Source: Nemertoderma westbladi
Taxonomy: Eukaryota > Animalia > Xenacoelomorpha
Direction: 5' to 3'
Length of the DNA: 64,000 nt
NCBI GenBank assembly: GCA_032718475.1
Contig: JAUCBJ010006900.1
Location: forward strand, 71,186 to 135,185
The notes under the pieces are model-generated. The model saw nothing but the letters and a program-made list of their open reading frames with translations, made no database searches and had not been told where the DNA came from. Below are positions 12,532-25,953 of the stretch, piece by piece. The translations under genes were made by a program, and so were the position numbers. Within the stretch, counting starts at the first letter, position 1. Each line of letters starts with the position of its first letter.

Positions 12532-13565
12532 ATTCGAGTAGAGTACTAACCAATGAAACGTCGATTATCTCCAAATATTTTTTTTATGAATTTGTCAACT
12601 TAAAAAACCCTACTACTTCTATAATTTCTACATTAAACTGAAAATTTCTGTATTAGCATAAGTAGTACCTGACCTGCATAAGGTTTCATATAACTTTTTG
12701 AAATTATTATTTAATAAAATTTAATACTATTTAACAAAGTTAAAGTTAGCATAAATTTGCAGCGCCACCTAGCGGTGTAGATTCATTTTTCACGAAATTT
12801 CGTCTGGATTTATTGCCCCATCCTTTATCTATTAATTAAAAATCTTTTATGTGATTCAAAATTGTAAAATTCTTAGGGTTTTAAGCGCAACCAACTTTTT
12901 TTTCATTGTTAACTAGTATCAACTAATATTAAATAGCGAAAAATAAATATTTTCTGACCTATCATGTAGAATAACATCTTAGGTACTTGTATTTCAAATT
13001 ATAGGCTCATTCGAAAGCTCTTTACTCAGTGAACAAAGTTACATACAATATTGTTTGGCAAATTCTTGAAAGCTGCCTGAGCGATCATAACTTGAACAAA
13101 AATTGCAAGGCATATTTTACCTAAACTAATGTTATGTTGTTTCACAACTATGTAATGATGCAACGGTTCCCCCAGTCAAACCTAACCAGACTGAGGTCAA
13201 ACCGGTAGCCGGCCTATATATTCAGATCAGTCTAATACACGCTACGCGTATATCACACATACCCCTTAATAGTGGGGGGTTGATTGTGTGAGTGTAAATT
13301 ATATTACTATTTATACTAGTTAATGTTAATAGTAAATGTCCTATTGTGTAGGGCTAATTGGATTGTTTACTATAGTTACTATTCTCGTAGCGCGATGGGG
13401 GCCTGAATGCCGTCCCAGACCTGGAGGTGTAGGGTTCTTCTGGCATCGAGACCGAGCCCTCTGGTGTTGGTTGGCTGTGGTCTGCGACTGGCGGGGTGGT
13501 GGTTGGGTGCCCCACAATGTGTGCCCAAGTTGGTCGCGGTGGGGCTGGTGAGGTCGGCATTGTGC

Positions 13566-15275
13566 TTACGGGTAACGGTGGCTGTGGCGTCGGAGTGGGT
13601 TGTTGCGGTGGATGGCCGCTGGGGGGCGCTGCAAAATCCCGGACCCGGTGGAGGACGCGGTTGCTCTGGACGGTACGACCGCTTTCTTGGCGCACGAGAT
13701 AATCATGGTTGGGGAGGACTTCCACCACGGTGCCATAGCCTGTCCAACGCTTGGTCGCTGGGTCCTGAATGAGGGCTGGTTGGCCAATGGAGAGCGCGCG
13801 TAGGGGGCGTGTGTGGCAGTCGTAGTGTCGTAGTCAGCGATTTCGCCAAGCTCCCGAAAAGTGCGGTGCCATTTTGGGTCGAACGATGAGAAGTGGGTGG
13901 GGAGGGCCTCGCGGATGTTCCTCCCATACAGGAGTTCCGCTGGGGACCGGCCGCCATAATATGGTGTATTCCGGAATGCGAGGACGCCCTGTGTGATGCC
14001 GTCAGAGTCATGGTTAGCGCCCCGGATAATTTTCTTCATGGCCTTCACGGCCGCCTCCGCTCGTCCGTTTGTACGAGGTAGGTGGGGGCTGGATGGCTCC
14101 AGACGTACTCCCCAGCGCTGGAGGAACTGGCGCACTGCATCTGATATGAGTTGCGGGCTGCCATCTGGGTGTAGGATGGTTGGAACGGCGGTGGCGAGGA
14201 AGAGACGTTTGGAGGCAGGGAATAATTGCCCCCGATGTGGTGTCCGCACCGAGGCGAAATAGTGTGGCCAGCCTGTGTACTCGTCCGTGCAGACGAGGTA
14301 GTTCACGGCGGCCACTATGCAGAGGTCCACGTGGACGCGCTGGAACGGCCGGGTGGTGTCTGGGTTGTGTTGCAGTGGCTCGGGGGCATGGGATTTGAGG
14401 ACTGTCTGACACGACTGGCAGCGTTCGACAGCCTGTTTCACATCATTTGCGATGGTTGGCCACCAGACTGCCCGGTTGGCCCGTTCCCGAGTTTTGTTAA
14501 GGCCTTGGTGCGAGGAATGGAGTTGGCTGAGTGTATTGGCCCGCATCTCAGTTGGTATGTATAGTTGGGGACCACACAGTATGAGCCCATCTTGGGCCAT
14601 CAGGTCGCACCTGAACTGGTAATAGGGGCAGACCCAGTCGTTAGTGACGTCGTGTTTTGACGTGGGCCAGCCCTCGGTGATGGTGGCGAGGAGGGCGCAG
14701 TATGTCGGGTCGCGTTGTCCCGCCTCACGGATTTCCTGGAGACAAGCATCCCGGGAGTCGAGGGTTGGGATTGCGCCGGTGGCTGCGTTTATCATGTATT
14801 CACGGTCCGTGTCGTCTTCCTGGGTCAGGATTAAGTCGGTGGGGACGGGGGGGTGAATTGCAGCCTGGGAGAAGGAGTCAGCAACCACGTGTTTAGCTCC
14901 CTTCTGGTGTCGGGCGGTGAAGGAGAACCGTGATAAAGCCATTTTGAGTTTTAATAACCGGTCATTCGTGACTTGATCCAATCGTCGCTCGTTTAGAATC
15001 GGTATCAGGGGGCTGCAGTTGGTCACGAGATCGAAATGACGGAGGCCGTTGAGAAAGTAGCGGCACTTATGGGCCGCCCAGACCACCCTGAGGGCCTCCA
15101 GCTCAGCCATCCCGGACCAGTTGGCCTCGTGTTTGGCGAGGGTCTGGGAGCCGCACTGGACCGTTAGCCAGCGGTTCGTGGCCGAATCCCACTGCTGGAG
15201 GAGGAAACCGAGTCCATTGAGACAGGAGGCGTCGGTGAGCAGCTCGGTTCTGCGGTCCGGCTGGAAACCAGACAA
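13566..15275 (-). pseudogene. Gypsy RNase H and integrase
   Basis: LLTDASCLNGLG, HSSHQG...CQSC, RVHVDL, HPDGSPQL, TNGRAEAAVK; contains internal frameshifts. Confidence 0.88.
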
Positions 15276-15342
15276 GTAGTGGGGGGGCAGACAGCATGGA
15301 CCGGGTAGCCTCGAATGCCGCCAGGTGTTCGGGGAGCTACAA

Positions 15343-16700
15343 TCAAGCTGTGCGGCTTGAGTTCAACCTACGTAGTGGTTCCACGAGGCGGGTGATCTCG
15401 GCTGTGGAGTTGCCCAACTGTTGGGCTAGGCCGAGGAACGACTGGAGTTGGTGTCGGTTCTTGGGGACCAGGAATTGGCGGAAGTCCTCGGTGAGGTCTG
15501 GGTCGATGCGGTATTGCCCTTTGGAGACGTTATATCCACCGAATTTAACCTGTGGAAGGCAGAACTGCACCTTCTTCGGGTTTATGGATATATCGGCCTC
15601 ATCGCAGGCAGCCAGGACTTTGGCTACCGCCTCGTTGTGTTCCTCCGCCGTTTCTGTGTAAATTATAATGTCCTCCACGATGCGGCCGATGTTAGGAACC
15701 CCCCGGAGTGCCTGGGCCATGCGGGCATTAAAAACATCCGAGCTGCCGTGCCAGCACATGGGCATGCAGCAGTAGCGGTAGCGGCCTCGCGGTGTGACGA
15801 ATGTTGTAAGACCCTGACTCCGGGGGTCCAAGTTGACCTGGTGGAACCCTTTTAATCCATCTACAATGGTGAATACACCGGCAGTGGGTGGGATCCACGA
15901 AATGACGTGGAACGGGGATGGGGAGAAGTAGGTTGGGCGGACGGTGTTCAGGTTGAGTTCCCTGAGGTCGACGGTAATTCGGACCGATTCGCCGTCTTTT
16001 TTACGGGTTATAACCATGGGGCTCAGCCAGTCGCTGGGGCAGTTTTCGTCATTGGCTGGTTCTAGAATCCCCATGGTCACCTGTTCGTCCAGTTCCCTGT
16101 TGAAGGCCTCCTCCAGGTTCGCTGGGATGGCCCTATTGGCGTATGAGTTTTTAGGTTTCGCGCCCGGAGTGAGTTTGATAGTAATGTCCCCACCCTTTAT
16201 CACCCTGCAGACACCCGATAGGGGGCGCGGGAAGCGGGTTTCCAGGGCCCGCCAAGCTATAGCACGGTCTCCAGTAGGTGTGGTAATTGTAGCTTTGGAT
16301 GGGGTAGGAAGCTCTGTCGGTGGCGGTGTGGTGGGGCCTGTGGAGGACACCATGGCAGGGGAAGCCGGCGACCCGCCTCTAAGGATTGGGCTCCTAAGAA
16401 TCCCTAGGGTAAAGCAGGACTTGCAGGACAGGAGTGGCTGCTGGAGTCCCTCCAGCACCCAGATGTCGGTTGTACAGACGGTGTGGAGGTCATGGCACTG
16501 GATCGTAGCGGTGAACAGTCCCTTGAATTCCCATCCAGTCCGGCTGCCATTGGTGAGTTTCGGGGCTTGTGGATTGGGGAAGGGTTTGCGGAGGTTTCCG
16601 ATCTGGCCACCAAACATGGTGAATATCCAGAACGGAATAGCCGAGATGTTGGCCCCAGAGTCTGGGAGAAACTGGAGTTCTGGAATTCCAAATGCCGGGT
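15343..16700 (-). pseudogene. Gypsy protease and reverse transcriptase
   Basis: FLPDSGANIS near 16650; WLSPMVITRKKDGESVRITVDLRELN, DGLKGFHQV, TTFVTPRGRYRY, RIVEDIII. Confidence 0.9.
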
Positions 16701-16799
16701 TCTTGTAGACTTGGCCGCCCAGGGTGACGGTCTCTAGTGACTCGAGTTGTTCGGTTGATGAAACAACCGGGGTGTTCTCGAGTTCAGTTCCAATCTAGG

Positions 16800-17780
16800 A
16801 CCGACCAGACTTCGGCGTTCTTGGTTGCGGTGTGGTCCTCCATGTAGCATGGCACGCATGGTGCCGGGGGTGCGGCCGCTGCGTGGGCCTGTGGGGGGCG
16901 GGGTCCGGGACACATCATGTCGTAGTGTCCGACCAGTTTACAGTGGCGGCACCGCGCGTCCGTACCCGGGCAACGTTGGCCCGGTCCGTGTGGGGGATAG
17001 CCGCATTTGGTGCAGGTCGGGCCAGGCCCGCTGGGATAGCATTGGAGCGTGGTCTCCAGTTCCCTTTCCGTCGTTTATCTGACCTTGCCTCCGCCTTAGC
17101 TGCCGTAGGTGCCGGTGTGGAGGAGAAGGAGAGTGACGATGCATCCTTCCGCGTGGTCCACACGGTTTGGGCGAGGTTGAGGGCATCAATGATCGAACTT
17201 CCTGCAGGGAGCCGGAGTAGGTGCTCAGTAACCTCTTTATCACCGAAGTCGGCTATAAATTTGGTCGAGCAGTCTATCGTTGCGATGGGCATCCAGAGTC
17301 GGGTGTGCCTCGAATCCGCATTTTGAAGCGATATCCCGGAGGTTAACCAGGAATGTCTCCGGAGTTTCCTCAAGTAGGCGGGATCGGCGCGCCAGTTCCT
17401 GCCGGTGGACGCATTTATTGGTCCCGCCGTTGATATGGACGCTGAGATGTTGGATGATAACATCGGTGTCTGCATTGTCGATGGCGGACAGGCCCAAACC
17501 CTTGACGACTGCGTTCGTTGCGCGGGAGAAGGCGGTGGTCAGAGTTGCCCGCTGTTTGCGGTTTGTTGCTGCTAGAAGAGCTGCCGATACGGTTGGGTCC
17601 GGTGGATCGGCCGAGTCTGTGACGCGCAAGTTTCCAAGTCCAGAGGTGACGAGGAATGCATCCCACTCGTCTCGCCACAGCTCCCAGGTGGAGCGTTCCG
17701 ATTCCAGGTCTATTGGGGGTGGCTAGTTTCGTAGAATGAAGGAGAATGGGTCGCGGTTGTCATTTGCTCTTGCCATACTG
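16800..17780 (-). pseudogene. Gypsy gag (frameshifted)
   Basis: ETPETFLVNLRDIASKCGF...DRLLDQI capsid-like motif, located between the 5' LTR and the protease. Confidence 0.7.
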
Positions 17781-18724
17781 CCATATCCAATGTCAAACAT
17801 CCGTATCACGGTATCAGCAGATAGTTTATTACGATATTAATTACAGATATATTTATTAAGGTAATAAAGTGCGTTAGCAATTGCAGAGTTGTGAGTTAGG
17901 CCGAGTACAAAGTGCAGTACTGCATGGGCAAGTAGGTAAGTACTGAAACTATGTAATGATGCAACGGTTCCACCAGTCAAACCTAACCAGACTGCCGTCA
18001 AACCGGTAGCCGGCCTATATATTCAGATCAGTCTAATACACGCTACGCGTATATCACACAACCACCATTTCATCATAAATGGTAACTTTGTTCTCTGAGA
18101 AAAGATCTTTCAAATGAACCCAAAACGAACTCCGTACAATCACTAGAACTGGAGATTATACATTTTGAATATCTCTGATGATTGATAAGTCTATTCCGTG
18201 TAATCCTGCATAGACCGCAGAGTCGCTTATTCGAGTCCCGTCTACATTCCAGAGACTTGAAGTTGTCTTATAAACTGACTAGTAGGTCCAATAATCATAA
18301 AAAAAATACTTTTTCACTTAAAATTTTGTGCTTCTTACTAGTGCAGGAACCACTGAGCACAGAAATTTGCATGCAGAAATTGAATGCAAACCCCAAATAT
18401 CATCGCATTTACCGATATCGCGATATATCGCAGCCAGTATCTTATACCTAAGCAAGATATGGGAAAACGGTTTCCATATTTGGATTCATTATGTTCTGAA
18501 AACTACAATCGAATCAGCATTCCTGCAAACTACATATTCCAGCTTATATAATTAAATTAATGAATGAAGCATTATAGTAAAATACTATTATAAATAATTA
18601 TTATTAAAATTAGGAAAAATTAAAATTATTTTAATTTAATCTTAGGCATCAGTTGATTTTAATGAAAATTGAAATCCAAATTATTATTTATAGTAACAGT
18701 GTGTTGGCAAGCTGTATTTTTCGA

Positions 18725-20418
18725 GGTGTTTGTGGGGCGAGCCACGAAGTTGGCGGAGCCTTAGCGAATTGACACTGTTAGGGGGTGGGTCAATTTACAC
18801 GAAGTTGGCGGAGCCTTAGCGAATTGACACTGTTAGGGGGTGGGTCAATTTATGCAAATAGTTGTCGTCGTCGTCGTTGTCGTTGTCGTCGTCGTCGTCG
18901 TCGTTGTCGTCGTCGTCGTCGTCGTCGTTACGATTTTGACATGCTAATAACTTTGTCGGATTTAAAGCTGCCAAGTTGAAAATTTGTAGGTATCAATATG
19001 AGCAAAAGTTGAGATTTTTGAGAGACTTTCAGACACCATCAGTGCAATGGTCTCCCGCTAGAAGGCCACATGTCTAAACATTAAATGCCCTCCCATTTCT
19101 TTGCTTTTAATCCGTTTAAGCTGAAACTTGGCAGATATGTATTAGACCATTAGCTGTGACTTTCAAAGGAGGCGAATCTATCTGCAGTTCTCCAGTCTGC
19201 CGCTAGAGGGCCAAAGGTCTGAAAGTGAAATCGTTGTCGTCGTTACGATTTTGACATGCTAATAACTTTGTCGGATTTAAAGCTGCCAAGTTGAAAATTT
19301 GTAGGTATCAATATGAGCTAAAGTTGAGATTTTTGAGAGACTTTCAGACACCATCAGTGCAATGGTCTCCCGCTAGAGGGCCACATGTCTAAACATTAAA
19401 TGCCCTCCCATTTCTTTGCTTTTAATCCGTTTAAGCTGAAACTTGGCAGATATGTATTAGACCATTAGCTGTGACTTTCAAAGGAGGCGAATCCATCTGC
19501 AGTTCTCCAGTCTGCCGCTAGAGGGCCAAAGGTCTGAAAGTGAAATCGTTGTCGTCGTTACGATTTTGACATGCTAATAACTTTGTCGGATTTAAAGCTG
19601 CCAAGTTGAAAATTTGTAGGTATCAATATGAGCTAAAGTTGAGATTTTTGAGAGACTTTCAGACACCATCAGTGCAATGGTCTCCCGCTAGAGGGCCACA
19701 TGTCTAAACATTAAATGCCCTCCCATTTCTTTGCTTTTAATCCGTTTAAGCTGAAACTTGGCAGATATGTATTAGACCATTAGCTGTGACTTTCAAAGGA
19801 GGCGAATCCATCTGCAGTTCTCCAGTCTGCCGCTAGAGGGCCAAATGTCTGAAAGTGAAATCGTTGTCGTCGTTATGATATTGACATGCTTATAACTTTG
19901 TCGAATTTAAAGCTGCCAAGTTGAAAATTTGTTTTTTTGAAAATCAGTTCAACAGTCACCCGCGCTATAGGACTACTTTATGCCTGAAAGTGAATAGATT
20001 CTCCCGTCTCATTGATTTTAATCAGTTTAAGCTGAATCTTGCCATATATTCTGGACCACATGCTGCGTCTTTGTGGGGGGGGGGGGGGGGGGGGAGATTT
20101 AATCGGTCTGCCGCTATACGACGGAATTTCTGAAAGTGAGATCCGTCTCTCATTTCGTTATCTGTTATTCAAGATGAAACTTGGCCGATGTACGTATGTA
20201 CTATTCATCCATAGGCTGTGTCTTTGTGGGGCTGGAGACCCTAATCCATCTTCAGTTCTCACTATACCGCTAGAGTCAGAAATGTCTGAATAGAAATGAA
20301 AGAGGTAAAAAGTGATTAGGCGAAATCTGCTTAAAATTTGCTAATACAGTAATACTTTCGAATTAGTACTTAAATTAAATTTAAGTCACGTGCTGCGCGA
20401 AGGCCCCACTTCGTGTTA
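18725..20418 (+). mobile_element. Probable Helentron/DINE-1-like non-autonomous element with an internal satellite
   Basis: Sub-terminal CACGAAGT / ACTTCGTG inverted motif, (GTC)n microsatellite at 18862-18929, then a tandem core repeat array. Confidence 0.55.
18921..19935 (+). repeat. 315-bp tandem repeat (~3.2 copies, each a dimer of ~157-bp subunits)
   Basis: The CGATTTTGACATGCT-like marker recurs at 18931, 19246, 19561 and 19876; CCGCTAGAGGGCC occurs twice per unit. Confidence 0.92.
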
Positions 20419-20720
20419 TTATATATTTATTATAGGAAGGGATCTAGGGGTCTTAACCTCGAATGATAAGTTTATTTTACCGAAAATAACTTATCTTTTA
20501 TTGGCGCAATTGTAGGACTAATCCCATCACATGCGTACTTTTTAACCGGGTAGTGTACAAATTACGCGATTCCTAAATTTGTACACTACCCGGTTAAAAA
20601 GTACGCATGTGATGGGGTTAGTCCTACAATTGCGCCTATAAAAGATAAGTTATTTTCGGTAAAATATACTTATCATTCGAGGTTAAGACCCCTAGATCCC
20701 TTCCTATATTAAATATATAA
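20419..20720. repeat. ~300-bp near-perfect palindrome (fold-back MITE)
   Basis: ~145-bp arms ATAGGAAGGGATCTAGGGG...TGTACAAATT and their reverse complement, with a loop of about 13 nt. Confidence 0.9.
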
Positions 20721-21299
20721 ATTATTATTTATTACATGGGAAACAAATAAGAACTTTTTGTCATTATTCTCGAGGCATTTTATTTACCGAGCGTCAGCGA
20801 GGTTAATAAAGGGTCGAGAGAATATTGAAAAAATGTGAAAATGTGAAAATGAAAAACTGTTCTACGTTTTTTTCCCATGTAATACGTAATTTTATTCTTA
20901 AATCGGTATTTTTTTGTTGCTCAATTCTTTAATAAAACATAGCGAATTACTGCAGTACAGTAGTGTTACTAATTAAATTGAACTTCAGTATTTTACTATA
21001 TTGCTTCCATATAGTTACTGCGATTCAAATTATTGTACTCTTCAACTCTCGATGTTGCCTTACTCAATGTTACAATACCTAAATTAGTAGCTAGAGTGTT
21101 TAATTAATCATTGTGGCCGTGATGGTTCATGGTTAATATACACTACCCTTTCATTGTAGCGAGTGGTTAAAGACGGCCAAGTACGGTAGGGTTGAGCACA
21201 GTAGAGCATATGATGGTATTGACAGATGGGAGGCCATGAGGAGGTAAATTGCGGATATACAAGGTATCAGATAGTATTTCCAGGTCTATCTTTTACCTG

Positions 21300-21370
21300 A
21301 GCCGCTAGCTGAATTGTTAGAGCGTCAGACTTCCAACTCGGAGGTCACCAGTTCGATCCCAGCTGGACGT
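21300..21370 (+). other. tRNA-derived sequence (pseudo-tRNA or SINE head)
   Basis: A-box-like TAGCTGAATTGTTAGAGC, B-box GTTCGATCCC, TCC in an anticodon-like loop; stems are poorly paired. Confidence 0.55.
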
Positions 21371-22181
21371 CATTGCCGACTTTGCTAAAGCTGTGCCCAA
21401 AAAAATTATAATAATATGAAACCACTCATTCACCCATAACACCAATAATAGCAATATAATGTCACCTAACAACCAACGAGGGCAATATACATTGCCAGCC
21501 ACAAGGATAGATGAGAGGCTATAGGCCATCTCAGGGGGACGAAGGGAGCTAGCACGTGGGTAAAAAGGGAAAAGGGAGTGCCAAGGGAAGAAGGGATAGG
21601 TTAGCCAATGGTGGGGCAGAACACCATCGAATTGGGATGCATCCATTGGCCAGGCCACACAGCAAGCACCAATATTCCATGTGTTAGTAATATAACCATT
21701 GCATTTATTACCTGTTGTTCAGTTGGTTTTTTGTAGAGTGTGGAAGCAAGAGTGTTTAGACCGTCGTCAATAACCGTGCTATTATTGTATTCTGACATTA
21801 CGAACAACTGCCACTAAAACTCAGTTATTCTTTCGGCCTCCGGCCTTTCAAACTCAGATACCACAAGCCTTTCAGCAGCCAGCGGACGCAGCGACGCGTA
21901 CTACCTAAAAGTAAAACACACCGGTCGGGATTCCCTCGCCAACTCCCGTCACAGATCCCGTCACAGATCCTGTCACAAAATCAATGCAATCCTATGATGA
22001 ACTTTTTTCCCTAGGGAAAAAAAAGTGCAACTATTTCACCCGATTTTGAACTAAATTCGAGCGAAAAAGTAACAATTTAAAAATAAAATATTTTTTTTTA
22101 ATTTTGGGGCTATGAAATATTTTTATGAGTATATCCAATACAACAAATATGGTTAAAACACTTACAGTTACAGATATAATG

Positions 22182-22818
22182 AGTAGTATAGGTTTGCTCC
22201 TCTCGGCGACAGTTAGACCACACTGACACCCATTGGGTGTCATATGACACCCTATTATCACCCATAGGGTGTCATTGGGTGTCATTGGCGCCAGACTGTC
22301 TGGGTGACTACCTCCCAATTAGGCTAATTAGACCCTAATTGATAGGTGGCATCAATTAATTACAACAATTAAACCCTAATAGGTGTCTTACGACTCCTAA
22401 TTAGGGTATAATTGATTATCCTAATTAATCAGACTGATTAGCGCCCTGACACACAATGGGTCATCAGTGTTGTCTAACTGTCGCCGAGAGGAGCAAAGGG
22501 TGTCATAAGTGACACCGCGGCTCTTTTATTTATTAATACCTATTTATTTATATTTAATTTTAATTAATTATTTGTATTTTATTTTACTTTATTTATTTGT
22601 ATTTAATTTTAAATTAATTATTCATTTGTACTTTATTTTAAATTAATTAATTGTAATACTTTTACTTTATACATTGATTTCTTAGCCATACTTAGCCATA
22701 GGGTATACAGCTCCCTTACTGGTAACTAATTACTATTATCTATATCCAGACAGCTTTATCGTTGACCTTTGACCCCCAATTAGCTTTAACCAAGCAACAG
22801 CTTATTAATAATAGTTGT
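22182..22818 (+). mobile_element. Left end of an outer Polinton-like non-autonomous copy, interrupted by element B
   Basis: Starts AGTAGT; 22203-22740 is homologous to the terminus at 42330-42880; the sequence after B (62765-64000) matches the interior of the 42309-50132 element. Confidence 0.65.
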
Positions 22819-24003
22819 TGTAAAGGCTTTTGCGGATCTAGCTAGTCATTTTCCCCGCAAAGTACTCTGTAGGTGTTTTAGCGGACATAAAAAGCCGTTT
22901 TCTTACTGTGTAGGTGTTTTAGTGGACATAAATAGCCATTTTTCTGTATCTGTACTTTAGCGGACATAACAAGCCATTTTATGCCGCAATGCGCCAAAAT
23001 ACTCTTAATACAGTGTAGTTCAGATGACGACATCTATCAGCTGATATGTCGATGTGGAGCTTTTTGGCTTTCTTTGTTCGGCTCACTCGACCAATCAGAG
23101 CGATTTTCATTTTATCTTGTACAGAAGCCTACGGAAGATCGCGCAATGCATTATGGTCTTTGTTTACCTTTTTTCCTGAGCCCAGAACATCGGCTTTGGA
23201 ATTATTCTGTGTTTCAGACTTTAGCCAAACATTAGAACGGCTTTGATCATAGAAACGTATAACTGTTATCAAATTCCCATACATACGAATCATATCATAC
23301 TATACATACCTTTCACCGCATTATTTTACTGCTATTTACTGTCGGTTATTAATTGTTATCAGTTGATGGATATGTTGTTATATTTGGAGAATATCGATAA
23401 ATAATCATAAAACCCCAATCTTCTTGATATACTGAAGGTTAGAGAGACCGGTTACATATAGCAATTGCGACTTACATTATAGTGGTTTTGGAGTGAATTG
23501 AATGCTATTTCATAGACCCTACATGTGTCGGTTGCTATTCTCCTTATATATGATCAAATTTAGTGAAGGTCGGCAGATCAGTGTGCAGCAGTGTGCGGTA
23601 GTGTGCATGAGTGTGACAGATAACAAAGCATTTCCTAAAGAATGCGCTTTATACGAAAATCAATAGCCATCCCGTTGTGTTTAGTGTAAGTCATAACTCT
23701 GTTTACATACTTAGAGCGCCACGTCCTAAAGGAACTGTTAATATTTCCCGAAAGTGAATAATATTTGTCAGAGATATTATAGTAACGAGTCAATCGAATA
23801 ATACAGTAAGTCTACACCGCAATAAGGTCAGAGCATCCGAATCCAGTCTCCCTTAACCGTAGGTGAATGGTCGCGCATAGGCTGGCTTCGGCTAATGTAA
23901 CTTTATGTGTATCAAATACTTGTTATAGGCTAAAGTCGATTTATAACCTAGAAGACACCTAAAATTGGCAGGTTAAACTGCTAAAGGTCTAAAAGCGCGA
24001 ACA
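22819..24003 (+). repeat. 5' LTR of element B
   Basis: TGTAAAGG...GCGCGAACA; ~39-bp internal tandem repeats at 22860-22980. Confidence 0.92.
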
Positions 24004-25399
24004 ATAACAGTTATTCTTTCTTTATTGCAACGTAGGCAATAAAGGCAAAAGTACCGGTCGACCGGTAACCAGTAGGCCTAACTACCTAACCACCTGAACC
24101 GGTACTTACAGCAGTACAGGTACTAGTATTATTTCAATTGTGATATATTGTATATTGTAGGCTGTTAGAGGATTAGGGATTGATCACCCCTTATTCCTTT
24201 GTATGGTTTACTTATTTCTGTCAGTTTTATTTATTTGTAAGTTAATATTGAGCAGAAGGCGTGTAAGCCTGCTCAGATTGTACAAGTAATTTGTAGGCTG
24301 GATTGTTGTCTGATTGTTGTTAAGTCTGAAGGGATTGCAGTGTGTGTAGAGTGTATGTCCGATAAAGTACTAGTTAGGAACGTGGGGGCATCCAGTGCTG
24401 TAAGGTAAATCCCCCCCCCCCCCCCCCCGAAAGAATAAGTCGTACTACTCGGTTAGAACGCATACTAACTAACCATTTCGGAGTCTGCATATACTGTAGT
24501 TTATTTAGGCTTGATAGTAGTCTGCCAGCGTTTGGTCTGTATTTTGTTTGTGTAGTCTGTATGGGTAGCGTAATATTTATTATTCAGAGTCTATGCGATT
24601 ATTTGCAACATTCATAACCCCAAGTTCATTCCTACAGTAATTGTGCTTGTTATATATACCGTTATAGTTAAATTAACCCCGGTACTACATCAGGACTGTT
24701 TGGCGTAGGTAAAGACTGGTGATTTTATGCTCTGGTCACTCCGGCAGATACCGTGGTTCTTTTAGCTGTACAAGTATTTTTAACTGTTGGTTATTTGTTG
24801 TATAAGTACTTGTACCTAATTTAGGGTTTAGTATACAGTGCTTTCCGAAGGTAATTAGTGTTTAGGCAGTATATTTGTGTTGTAAAGTGGTTAATAGGCA
24901 CGTTAGCTATAGTAGGCTGCGGTAATTAACTTCTAGGTAGGAACACTCCGGGTACATAATGTAGTACTTATAGAGCTGTAAAGCTAGAGACTATAAGTCG
25001 TCAGACGGTGGTATTTTTCCTATCTAGACAACGCAATATATTTACTACTGCTTTATTATTTTCAAATACCGTAGTATCCTATCCGTTGTAATAACCAGAT
25101 ATTCTAACTCCTTGTTAGGCTGGTTTGTAGATTTCTTGTAAAATTAACCCTAAAAATTCGTACGTGTAATTTTTGTGTTTATTTAGAGATTGTAATCTCA
25201 CCCCGCAATTGTACGTAATTTGTAGTAATAAGTAACTTAGTAAATTAGAATTATTTGTTTTAGTGTCCAATAAGTAGCACTACACTGAGAGCGTACAGCT
25301 TCTTTGTAGTGACTCCTTACCAGAAATAATAACATTTATTTCAAATATTGTCAAAAAACCCATTAAGCGGGTATATATATATTATAAATCAGCTCAAAC

Positions 25400-25953
25400 T
25401 GTTAGCTTATCCAATTCCGCTAACACCCCACAAAGTAAGCCGTTAAGCAATATTGGGGGCCACGAGGTTGGGTAATCAACCACTCGTGCCACCCCAACAA
25501 AGTGGGAAGGAGAAACACACAATAGAGGTCAGGGGCCACACCCCTGACAGAGAGAGAATAGCAGGAGTGAAGGGGAAACACTCCAAAGGGCGCCAACAGG
25601 GATATCAGCCAATGGGGGGCAGGCACCGGCTAGGTACTGTAACAACGGCCAAACCGTGCAATATATTATTAGGTATCAGTAATCAGTTATTCAGTTATCT
25701 CATTTGTGTTAGTCGGTTAGCTAGGGTAGAGCGGAGACTTCTAAGACCGTCCTCGCCTACCACCATTACCTGTACATACTATACTTCAATTGCAATATAT
25801 TACACCATTTATACTATATCCATTTAACGTCTACATTATACATATCAGAGAATCAATAACACCAGAACTCTCAAACTCTTTCCACACAAACGGCGGGGAC
25901 GCGTACTTTGAACAACCGCGGATAAACCGGGATCCTCCTTGGATCCCGTCACA
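25400..25953 (+). repeat. 5' LTR of element C
   Basis: TGTTAG...GTCACA direct repeat. Confidence 0.95.

Larger units (their letters stand above)
13151..18060 (-). mobile_element. Ty3/Gypsy LTR retrotransposon with 109-bp LTRs (Mag-like), frameshifted
   Basis: Near-identical LTRs at 13151-13259 and 17952-18060 (TG...CA); PPT AAGGGGTA on the minus strand; domain order gag-PR-RT-RH-IN; flanks ACTA/ACCA (imperfect TSD). Confidence 0.92.

Noticed and set aside
21300-21370. Functional tRNA-Gly gene
   Set aside because: Acceptor and anticodon stems do not pair well; more likely SINE-derived or a pseudogene.
21822-21834. 13-nt match (CAGTTATTCTTTC) to the post-LTR sequence of B
   Set aside because: Short and AT-rich with no extended homology; treated as chance.
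25420-25827. ORFs repeated at 38844-39251, and the 23046/61802 pair
   Set aside because: They lie within LTRs; the duplication reflects the LTR repeat.
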